From Eledone cirrhosa (Eukaryota): DNA of 64,000 nt. Under the pieces are notes generated by a model. That model ran no database searches. It saw nothing but the letters and a program-made list of their open reading frames with translations, and had not been told where the DNA came from. The DNA lies in the NCBI GenBank assembly GCA_964016885.1, contig OZ024741.1, positions 71,982,001 through 72,046,000 of the forward strand, given 5' to 3'. Below, piece by piece: positions 25,262-36,636 of this stretch. The position numbers and the translations under genes are program-made. Every line of letters starts with the position of its first letter. The first letter of the stretch is position 1.

Positions 25262-26073
25262 TACACTATATACAACTATAAACAGGAAAGGTCAGTAATT
25301 CCTTACTACCTTATTACCAGTAAGAAAAATAGCTTAATGTAAATACATCAGATGTTTTACAGAGCAGGAATATAAATTACACAATAATCAATACTATGTT
25401 CAAAACATTTTATTGCTGACAATCGTTTCTTCCAAACTTTCGTTTGGAATCATCGGAGCACTAGCAAAGTTTGGACATATAATTAACTTCCTATTCAACT
25501 GAACAATCATATAACATGGATATTAATGTTGTCATCAACAGTTTCATATTTACAAAGTGGAATGGATGTGACAGAGATTACAAGAGAATTGTATAATAAT
25601 TAAAGAGGCATTAAGGTAGAAAGTTACTCGTAAAACGAGGACATTAGCAGTACATATGCAAGCGTATAGAGAGTGCAAATGCGTTAGGCATATACAGGAC
25701 AGCTAGGTAGGAAACAAGCAATGGTACTAGGCATATATAATTACTGTATCGCAAAGGTATCACATAAAATAACACAGGTTTACAAGCATATCAAGCAGAC
25801 AAAGATGTTTGTGTATTAATACACAAACATCTTTAATTATTATACAATTCTCTGTAATCTCTTGTAATCTCTGTCACATCCATTCCACTTTGTAAATATG
25901 AAACTGTTAATGACAACATTAATATCCATGTTATATGATTGTTCAGTTGAATAGGAAGTTAATTATATGTCCAAACTTTGCTAGTGCTCCGATGATTCCA
26001 AACAAAAGTTTGGAAGAAACGATTGTCAGCAATAAAATGTTTTGAACATAGTTTTGATTATTGTGTAATTTAT
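25262..26073. mobile_element. Fold-back insertion, probably a PLE-terminus inverted pair
   Basis: Arms ~25371-25606 and ~25830-26073 are reverse complements; central 34-nt perfect palindrome 25801-25834; hammerhead in each arm; TA-rich flanks. Confidence 0.75.
25985..26031 (+). ncRNA. Minimal type-I hammerhead ribozyme (mirror copy 25414-25460, minus strand)
   Basis: tgct-CCGATGA-ttccaaac aaaa gtttggaa-GAAA-c gatt g-TC-agca, followed at once by AATAAA; GUC cleavage triplet; U4 replaced by C. Confidence 0.75.
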
Positions 26074-26734
26074 ATACTTATATATATATAAAGTCTACAG
26101 GATTAGAACTGTTTGTGTGCACACATGAATGTGAGTGAGTATGCGTGTGTGTGTGTGTGTATATATATATACACATACACACACAGATTATATATATATA
26201 TATATATATATATAATAAGGGGGGGGGGGTACACAAGACAAAGACAATGGAAAAAAAATCCTTTTCTTGATTCCTATTCAATATGGTCTTAGCAACAAGG
26301 GTCTTTTTAACAGCTATCTTATGTGTTGGTTGTGTTGCTGTACTCCGTCACTGAATGCAGGAGTCAAGGTCTCATCTGGTAGTGAAGCAATTTTGTAGGT
26401 GTTTCACCCCACCCCTTCCACTGTGACACCAGAGCTACTCGTTTGCGGGGGTTAATGCCACCCAATAATGTAAGACAGGACATTTCTGTATTATATGTGC
26501 AGCAGGCTTTCTCAGTTTCTGATTACCAAATTGCATTCAACAAGATTTTGAACAGCCAGAAGCTATAGGGGAAATGACTTGCCGAAAGTGGTGTACAAGG
26601 GAATTAAACCAAATGGTAATATGTAATTTAAGGGTGATTTCGCTGCTATTCTCAGTAGGTCATGCAGCAATGAAGAGGTACCTCATTGACATGTTTATGC
26701 ATTTATGCATGCATATATGTGTGTGTGTACACAT

Positions 26735-26794
<60 letters not shown>

Positions 26795-27142
26795 ATATAT
26801 ATATATATATTTGTGTGTGCGCGCGTGTATATACATATGTGTGTATACACTTGTATGTATGCATCTATGATATGTGCATGCATATATATGCATAAATGGA
26901 AACTAAAAAGAAGTATTTCTAATTAATTTAAGTGTGAGTTAATTAGAAGTAAACAGGATATAGTTTTTAAAAAATTGAACCTAATAATAATATTAATAAT
27001 TTGATATTAGATTTTAATCTTGAGGTCACATTTTTAGCAGTCTGACATATATCAGGAATTAATATAAAAGAAACTGATAGGTGTGGTGGTGGGTTTATGG
27101 TGAAAACAGGAGAGGAGGGTGGTGATGGAACCAGCGTGAGTA

Positions 27143-27184
<42 letters not shown>

Positions 27185-27275
27185 TTGTGTATATGTCTGT
27201 GATAAAAATATGGGTCATAAAAACCATGGAAGGTAATAAAAATGCAGAAACATTCATCCAAACATACACACAAAC

Positions 27276-27306
<31 letters not shown>

Positions 27307-27886
27307 CATACATATATACACATGCAAACAATATTTACGGACTATCACATATATTTACATTTATATATAGTCTAACTCACGAAAGCATAGAAAAATCAGC
27401 TGTAAAAATGATGTTGATACACACACACACATTAATGAAGGTATGTGGCCTTGTGGTTAGATTACTGGATTCGTATTCATAAAGTTGTGGGTTTGATTCC
27501 TTGACTGGGTGGCAAGTTATATACTTGAGCAAGATGCGTCATTCCACATTGCTTTCCATGGCATGACTAGGAGCTTTATCGTTAAAACAACCCTATGAGA
27601 TATAATCAAAGTAATCTATAAATATGTATATATACATAAGCACAAGTGTAACTGAAAGGTTAAAGATTTTGCTTTGCAATCAGTTCATTCTGGGTGCAGT
27701 TCTGCAGCATAACACCTTGGTAATGTGCCTTCTACAATATCCTTAGATTGACCAATCCCTTGTGACTGGGATTTGTTCTACAGAAACTGCAGAAGATTGT
27801 TGTATACACACACACACGCACATATATATATATAAATTAGAATGGCTGCAGTAAAAACCTATTAGACCATTACTCACCAGAGTACT

Positions 27887-28362
<476 letters not shown>

Positions 28363-28517
28363 TATATATATATACTAACACTTTGTCCTTTTTATTATTA
28401 GTATTACACTCTGCTTAGTACAACACCAATATACCTACTAGAAACTACACATCGAGTGCCCACCCTGGTGAACCTACAGTAACTGGACATTACAATCCCT
28501 AAATATATATATATATA

Positions 28518-28825
28518 TAGTTATGTAATAAACAACATAAGATAATTATTTCATTTACCAAAGGTTTCACGAAGACAGATGAGCCTGGCACAGACGTCTG
28601 ACTGCAATTGTCAGAATGAAATTTCATTCTGACAATTGAAGTCAGATGTCTGTGCCAGGCTCATCTGTCTTCGTGAAACCTTTGGTAAATGAAATAATTA
28701 TCTTATGTTGTTTATTACATAACTAAAAAGCTCTGTAGCCTACATAGGACACTCTCTTTTCCTTTACCTTTCCTATGGAAATACTTTGGAAATCTTTCGT
28801 ATCTTTGAATTTCTTTGCTTCTTTT
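28518..28825. mobile_element. Fold-back insertion: 208-nt palindrome plus ~100-nt one-sided tail
   Basis: 28518-28621 and 28622-28725 are near-perfect reverse complements with no spacer. Confidence 0.78.
28621..28695 (+). ncRNA. Degenerate type-I hammerhead motif (mirror copy on the minus strand, 28548-28622)
   Basis: atttcatt-CTGACAA-long stem II (gaag.cagatg..catctg.cttc)-GAAA-cc ttt gg-TA-aatgaaat; G8 replaced by A. Confidence 0.65.
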
Positions 28826-28826
28826 A

Positions 28827-28881
<55 letters not shown>

Positions 28882-28924
28882 TTATTAAAATATTAAAGAT
28901 TTTAGTCTTCAAATTTATTATTAT

Positions 28925-28967
<43 letters not shown>

Positions 28968-30590
28968 TACATACACACCTACACACACATATTTGATATA
29001 TATATATATATTTAAAAAAATTAAAGTTTGTCCCAAGCCATCAGGCTCATCAGGCTGGTGCTTATCTCTGCTTTCATTTTTTTCATTGCTGTTAAGTGAC
29101 TGAGAATACAATACTCCATCCTGGATAGGTCACTAGTCCATTACAGGGTTAAACCCCAGATATTGCCAGTACTCATTTTCAGCTGAGTATACTGGAGTAA
29201 CATGAAATAAAGTATTTTGCAGAAGAAAACAACACACCACCTGGTCCAGGAATGAAACCCACCTTAAGATTGTAAGTCCAAACCTTAACCAATAGGCTAC
29301 ACATATACCCATATTTGAAATATATATATATATATACATATATATACACACATATATATGTAAATGTGATTGGTGTTAGGAAGGGCATCCTGCTATAAAA
29401 AGCCCGGCCACATTTACAGTCCTCATTGGAGCAAGGTATGGTGTGGTCAATTCTGGCCAGCCCATGTCTCCCGACGTGGACGGTCTATCTAACTGATGCA
29501 AGCATAGAAAAATGTACGCTAAACGGTGGTGATGATGATAATGATGATGATGATGATGATGATATATACTAAAAAGATAAATAAATAAGAACCACACAAT
29601 TAAGATATTAATCATCAAATGTCAACTTTAATAAAATTTAATAACATAGATACCTTCTAGCTGAGTTAGCATTACACCACCACCAACACTGTGGTGTTAC
29701 TGCTGACCACCAGCACCACCACCACTTCAATTACTACAGCAGCCATCACCACCGCCACCACTACCTCCATCATTACTGCCACCACAACCCTAGCCCTTTC
29801 AACACTCCCTCTACCATTGTAAGAAATGTAGTAATACTTTCCTCATCCTCTCATCCCACTAAATGTAATTTAGATTAAAAAAATGGGTATAAAAAGAGTT
29901 AATCTTATGTGGTGGTGTCAGTGTGGTGGTGGTGTGATGGATGTGGTGGTGGCAGTAGTGCTAGTGTCACAGTGTGGTGATGATGGTAGTAGTGCTGGTG
30001 TCATGGTGGTGGTGTGTTACAGTGTGGCGATGTAGTGGATATTGTGGTGGATGTGGTGGTGTCATGGTGTGGTGTAGTAGTGGTGTGGTGGATGTGGTGG
30101 TGGTGTGTATTAAAAGAGGAAAAAAAAGGGGACAGATGAATAATTAATGAGTTGTGGTGGTGGGGGTGTAAAGATAAAAGACATTCTAATTGGTAATTAT
30201 TGTTGTGATGATGATGCTGGTATATGTGTGGATTAGGGAGGGGGACAACTTAATGGATTGCATCCTCATTTCCACCCCACACTTGACTTTTTGCCCCACC
30301 CCCACCATTTGTTTTAAAGGTCACAGTGAAAGAAGAGAGGTTAAATTTAATACAAAGTTTCCCAAGGTGGAAAATAAAACACAAACATTATATCTCTTTT
30401 GGACAGTCTGTCTCTTACACTCAGTCCTTCAGAGCACACACACACACAGGACAATTCCCGCTCATCAGCTGCCTTTGTCAAGAGCTTGGAAACTTTAGTG
30501 ATCCACAGAAGACAGCCGATGAGTGGAATTGTCCTTGCGTTTGTGTTTTCATCCACGTTTTCTAAATAATATTTATTGGTAACCACACAG

Positions 30591-30678
<88 letters not shown>

Positions 30679-31437
30679 CTGAATTCATCCGCCAAAAATA
30701 AGGGTTGCCTCCCTTGTCGAGCCCCACGTGGGTATTGGTAACGGTCAATCCTTGGCCTGGCACTTGAACTAAAAGCCTGTTGAGAAAGTGACTTCCTTGT
30801 TCAATCATCTTACCAGAAGCCTAACATTATTTGTCTAAGCGGACAGTACTTGATTTAGAAGTCGCAGAAACCCAAATGCTGGATTTTTACCAACCATCCA
30901 GGGGTCCGGGTAAATTTTTCAATCATATTTTTTTTATTTGTTTGACCCGAATTACTTGGTCGTTTCTATGGCTGTGCGGATAATGGTTTAACCATCGTCT
31001 CAGTGTGTTTGGCCTTTTAACGTATGTTGTAGCTCTGGTTCGTTAGAATTATTGAGCGCTTGCCACACATCTCGGAAGTTGTTTTTCGCTAATTTCCAAA
31101 GCCGAAATACGATTCTCGCTAATTTATATTTGTATATATATATATAGTCTACCACCCATATACAGTCCCTCTGACACACTTCATAAAAAACAATATCCTA
31201 TTATTAAAAGGAGGTTGGCTAGACCAAGAAATTTAGATATTTGCAAGACTTAAATGGTTTTAGAGGTGTTATGGCTTTCTTCACTCTCCAGGGATACCTT
31301 ACCAAATTTTTCAACTATTATTTATAGCGGTTGACTATTACTATGGTTATATCTGTGATGGGATGACTACATTTCAAATTTTCCCAATGTGTCTTAAGTG
31401 AACAGGTGTTTACATACACACACACATATATATATAT

Positions 31438-32818
31438 ATTTATTAAAATAACAGATTAAAGTTTAAGCAAAGAATCGCTGCTTTCACCCTTAACGGGATC
31501 TTCTGAAACTAACAAAGTCAATCTGTAAACACAGAAGTGGATATTTCAAAAAACGTTGCAACCGGAGGAAGACAGGAAGACGATACTTTGGTTCGTGGAA
31601 ACGTTCGTTAGCTCCCACATCAAGACGTAAAATATCCGCGTATAAATCGTACTATCCGTTAGGGTATAACGTGGGGCTGTAATACAGGAAAGTTTTGTGC
31701 AATTTATGTTTACAAGCCGAAATTGCCTCAGATTTTTTGTTTAAGATGTGGTCTGTGGCGTAGAGTATTTCCAGGGCCTCAGTGGCGCAGAGGTCACATG
31801 GTCTTTTATTTCCGTTATACGATCTAGCCCTAGCTAGGATCTCCCAGTGTAACATATTGGGTGTGGTTGTCTTTTAGACTCCAGATATAAGCTGAAAGTG
31901 ACGTCATATTCCTTCTTGGAGGGTAGCGAAAAGAATGGGTATGCATGTAAAGACGCTGCTTGAATCTATTGGCGGTTAACCCTATGTAGGCCCTATGGGA
32001 CGTGGGTGTTACAACCTTACATTTGTAGACAATGTTACTAGAGAGGCATTTCCCGGATAGTGGGCAATCAACCCAATTCCTACAATTACAGTTAGTACTA
32101 ACTACAGGGTTGCACGTGTTCCTACGGCTAGGTAGTTTAGCTAAATTAGAAGCTGTGATGTTATGTGCAAAGTTAGGAGTCGTAGAGTAAGAAATTTTAA
32201 TAGTATTTCTATTAAAAATTTTACTATACTTATGTGTAGGGGGAAAATGCTTCGTAATAAGGGAAAGAAAGATCTTAGCTAATGGTGTGGCCACCTCCAT
32301 ATTATATGGTGGGTTATACCAACAAATGCGACGGGATCTATTTCTTCTAGGTCTATTTTCGTACTCTGTATATGCTACCTTATCGACAAATCCACTTTGA
32401 GCAAGAGCTTCATTGTAATAAGTGGAATGGTCGTTGAAAATACGCTCGTTGGTGGAAAGACGGGAAAGCCTCAACGAAACGTTTCTTACCAGGTTCTTGG
32501 TTATGCTGGCAGGATGGTTGGAATGCTTACTTATGTAATTAAGCGTATCATTCGGCTTTCTATACGGGTAATACAACCCATTCATTAAATTGAGGGTAAC
32601 GTCGAGGTAATTAACGACCGAGAGATTGGCCTCAACCTGTATAGAGAGGTTGAAGCCTTTAAAGAAGGCTGTGAGTTCTTTTCTGAACCTGTCGCAAGCA
32701 CGAGGTCCGCACTTAGTCATGGTCAAAAGACCATCGTCACGGTTCTTATATATTTGATATATATTTATCCTTATCGAGCCCTCTTTGGATTTTAGTCTTC
32801 AAATTTATTATTATTACT
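31438..32818 (-). mobile_element. Penelope-like element copy 1: 5'-truncated, spliced 3' region, short inverted tail
   Basis: Frame starts at RDDG (RT catalytic motif, ~32731-32741), then VNYLDV, YRKP, WYNPPY, Cys linker and GIY-YIG domain (IVYKC..YIGLT..FKQR..H); 32741-32818 is an inverted copy of the element's terminal tail; flanked by (TA)n. Confidence 0.92.
31652..32741 (-). pseudogene. PLE RT-thumb and GIY-YIG endonuclease ORF with one frameshift
   Basis: ORFs 31830-32726 and 31652-31855 join by a frame change near 31855 (QY / LHWEILARARSY..CDLC..E). Confidence 0.88.
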
Positions 32819-32820
32819 AT

Positions 32821-32863
<43 letters not shown>

Positions 32864-35701
32864 CAGTTTAATACTGTCTTTAAATCAATAAAACTCACAG
32901 CAACCAGTGAAGTTTGATATGTTCCACTGGGTAACTTGTTCAATAAAAATGAGCAGGAAATACACCGTACTTAAAAAAAAACATGTATGGGTTGGTGCTA
33001 GGAAGGGCATTTCTGTCTCAGAAAGTCTCATCGACCCATGTTAGCACAGAAATTAAAAGCAGATGTAAAAACAATGATGATTATAAGCCCGTGTGTTTAT
33101 AAGCTTTTGCTGTATTTTGACTACAGAAAATAGTCTAACAGGGCATATAACTCCCAATGAAAATGGAAAAAAAAATGTATTGGATGCCCATTTTTTTCTG
33201 TTATGGGGTCTTATATACTATGTTATTTCATTATTTTCTGTAGGCAAAACATGTCAAAAGCTTCTAATTTAATTTTCAAATGATGATGATGTTTAGTCTT
33301 GCTGGGAAAAATGCAGGCCACAGAAACTTTGGTAGATATGTTTAGTTTCTGATAATGAAAGGGCATTTTGACATATGAAAGAAGCAATTCAGGGCCCTAG
33401 CCTGTTTGAAGCCATACAACTGCTTCAAATGCATGTTGTTTGAGTATGCAATATAGAAGAAGCGTAAGTAATACAGCAGCACAACTGAAATAAACATCTT
33501 TAACCCTTTAGCATTCACATTACTCTATATTTACTATTGTATTTTCAAGGTAAACACTTTATCTCACATAATATTGAATCTACGAAATTTTGATATTATT
33601 TATTTTGAGAACAATACCTTCATATAAGTATGAACAGCCAATTGTGGCTGGTTTGAAAAGAAAGAGGTGATAGAATTCTGGCTGGATATGGCCAGTTAAA
33701 AACCCTCAGACTTCCTTCCACATCCCAACTTAGGCCAGGCAATCATATAACATGCACCTTCACTAACTTTTTCCCGCTAGACTTAGTCCAGGCAATTATA
33801 AAATACATACACCTTCACTACAGTTTAATCCCACTCTCTGGCCTCTCTTCTAGCCAGAAATCATCAAACACACACACCTACACTACATCAATATGACACA
33901 CAGCAACAATAAGTTCACTTAAAACTTTATTTGGGGTTACCAACATCCTATTTTTTTCTGTTTTACAGATACATAAGGCAGCAAATTAGCAAATTACTAG
34001 GGCAATGGATAAAATTCCTTATAGTATTTGTGCCAGGTCTCTGTGTTCTTAGTTCAAATCCTGTGAAGGTCAACTTTAACTTTCATCCTTTCAGAATTGA
34101 TAAATTACCAATTCAGAGCAGTGAATTGGTAGAAATGTTCAAGTCTTGCATGAGATGATGCTTTGTGGTATTTACTTCAGATCTTTGCATTCTGAGTTAA
34201 AATTCTACTTTCTATTACTAGTCTCTGTGTAGTAGGAAATAGGGTCTTTGTGACCTGGCTGATAGTAATGTGTTGATTGGAGTAACTTTGTGATCAAATC
34301 AATGCAAAAAATGAGTGGAGTTTGATCTGAAGGGGGATAAATAAACATTAGGACAGAAAATTGTTTTTGCAAACTGACGAAGTACTAGCTGTTTTCTAAT
34401 AGGGTTCTTGTAAAACCGATGGTATGGTGAAAACATCTGACATTTTGGGCCCTCAAACCCCTTCCCTATTCAGATAATTTGGAATGAAGATGGATATCTG
34501 CAAGAATGGGCCAAGTGAGTTGGACTGGCTCTTTCAGTGCCTCTCCCTCACCATCCCTCAGGGTAACAAATTTACCATTTTGTTTGCTGAGACAAGACAT
34601 TTGCATAATACCTTGTGATTTTCTTTGTTTATTATATTTACAATATATATATATGGCTTAGTGGTTAGAGCATTGGCCTTGCAATCGAAAGGTTGTGAGT
34701 TCAATTCTCAGACCGGGTGATGTGTTGTTTCCTTGAGCAAGACACTTTATTTCACATTGCTACAGTTTACTCAGCTGTAGAAATGAGATGATAGGGACTC
34801 AAGACCCTATCATTCCACTGCAAAGTGGTCGTAGAGGTGCCACGGCAAAAAAGCACCCAGCACTCACTGTAAATGAGGTTGGTGTTAGGAAGGGCATCCA
34901 GCTGTAGAAATCAAGCCAGAATCAGTTCCCGTCCCACCCTTGCTAGCAGGGAAAAGTGGACGTAAAATGAAATGATGATGATGAATGATGATATATATAT
35001 ATATATAGTAATAATAATAAATTTGAAGACTAAAATCCAAAGAGGGCTCGATAAGGAAAATATATATCAAATATATAAGAACCATAGAGCAAATATTTAT
35101 TAAAATAACAGATTAAAGTTTAAGCAAAGAATCGCTGCTTTCACCCTTAACGGGATCTTCTGAAACTAACAAAGTCAATCTGTAAACGCAGAAGTGGATA
35201 TTTCAAAAAACGTTGCAACCGGAGGAAGACAGGAAGACGATACTTTGGTTCGTGGTAACGTTCGCTGCTAGTAACATTGTCTACAAATGTAAGGTTGTAA
35301 CACCCACGTCCCGTAGGGCCTACATAGGGTTAACCGCCAATAGTTTCAAGCAGCGTCTTTACATGCATACCCATTCTTTTCGTTACCCTCTAAGAAGGAA
35401 TATGACGTCACTTTCAGCTTATATCTGGAGTCTAAAAGACAACCACACCCAATATGTTACACTGGGAGATCCTAGCTAGGGCTAGATCGTATAACGGAAA
35501 TAAAAGACCATGTGACCTCTGCGCCGCTGAGGCCCTGGAAATACTCTACGCTACAGACCACATCTTAAACAAAAAATCTGAGGCAATTTCGGCTTGTAAA
35601 CATAAATTGCACAAAACTTTCCTGTATTACAGCCCCACGTTATACCCTAACGGATAGCACGATCTATACGTGGATATTTTACGTCTTGATGTGGGAGCTA
35701 A

Positions 35702-36488
35702 GTATATGTTTTGTTTATTCCTTTACTTATTTGCATAGGTAAGTATATATTACCCGTATGTTTTGTGAAGGTATGTATACCTTCTCGTACGTATATTTGA
35801 CTGTTATAGCGTATAATTTTTACATATTTTGGTATTTAGGGATTGGCTATGTGTATACGGGAGTTTTGCGTCCGCGCGAGTGTGCAGGTTCGTACGTATG
35901 GTGGGTGTGTGTATATGTGTACTTCTTGTTTTAGTTGACTTACGTCTCCGAACATTCGTGTATTTATATGTAGGTATGCGTGTGCGCTTGTTATATACGT
36001 ATTTATTTACTTATATAATTTTATATAATTATTTATTTATTTGTACACAAGCATACACACACACACATATTTATATGTGCGTGGTTTTGTATACCCATGG
36101 TAAGGTTTTGCGTATGCTTGTGTATGTACGTATCTGTTTGCGTGTATGTATTTATTTGTTTCTATTACTTCTGTATTGTATTTATTTACTTTGTTCTTAA
36201 TTCTGTAGCGGAGATTCATTTGGTCTCCTAGTTAGAATTTTAGTCTACGATTTCTGCTATACCATTTACGTGGTTTTGTCTTTGCGTGCTATTGTTCTCC
36301 ACGCTCCACATATGACTTATTATCTTCGTTTTTTCGTTCATTGCCAGAGAACGTCTCTATGCACCACCTAAGAGAACATTAGTCTACGACCTCTTTTATA
36401 CCATAAACGTGGTTTTGTCTTTGCGCGTAATTGTTTTTCACCGCTCCTATTAATGACGTATTATTCGTTTTTTCCCGTTCTTTGCCAG
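35702..36488 (+). other. Putative spliceosomal intron retained in PLE copy 2
   Basis: Starts GTATAT, ends pyrimidine tract + CAG, and is precisely absent from copy 1 (junction gagctaa|cgaacg at ~31607 on the minus strand). Confidence 0.82.
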
Positions 36489-36585
36489 CGAACGTTACCA
36501 CGAACCAAAGTATCATCTTCCTGTCTTCCTCCGGTTGCAACGTTTTTTGAAATAACTAGTTCTGCGTTTACAGATTGACTTTGTT

Positions 36586-36636
36586 AGTTTCAGAAGATCC
36601 CGTTAAGGGTGAAAGCAGCGATTCTTTGCTTAAACT
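36586..36636 (+). ncRNA. Type-I hammerhead ribozyme-like motif in the PLE terminus (also 31460-31510 and 35117-35167, minus strand)
   Basis: agttt-CAGAAGA-tccc gttaa gggt-GAAA-gca..tgc-TT-aaact; stems I, II and III all pair; U4 replaced by A. Confidence 0.68.

Noticed and set aside
25607-25800. Second intron explaining the arm difference in the 25-26 kb fold-back
   Set aside because: The skipped segment starts GT on the minus strand but does not end in AG; tcttt microhomology explains it better.
30700-30760. HDV-like ribozyme
   Set aside because: Could not build a consistent P1/P2/P3/P1.1 nested pseudoknot by eye.
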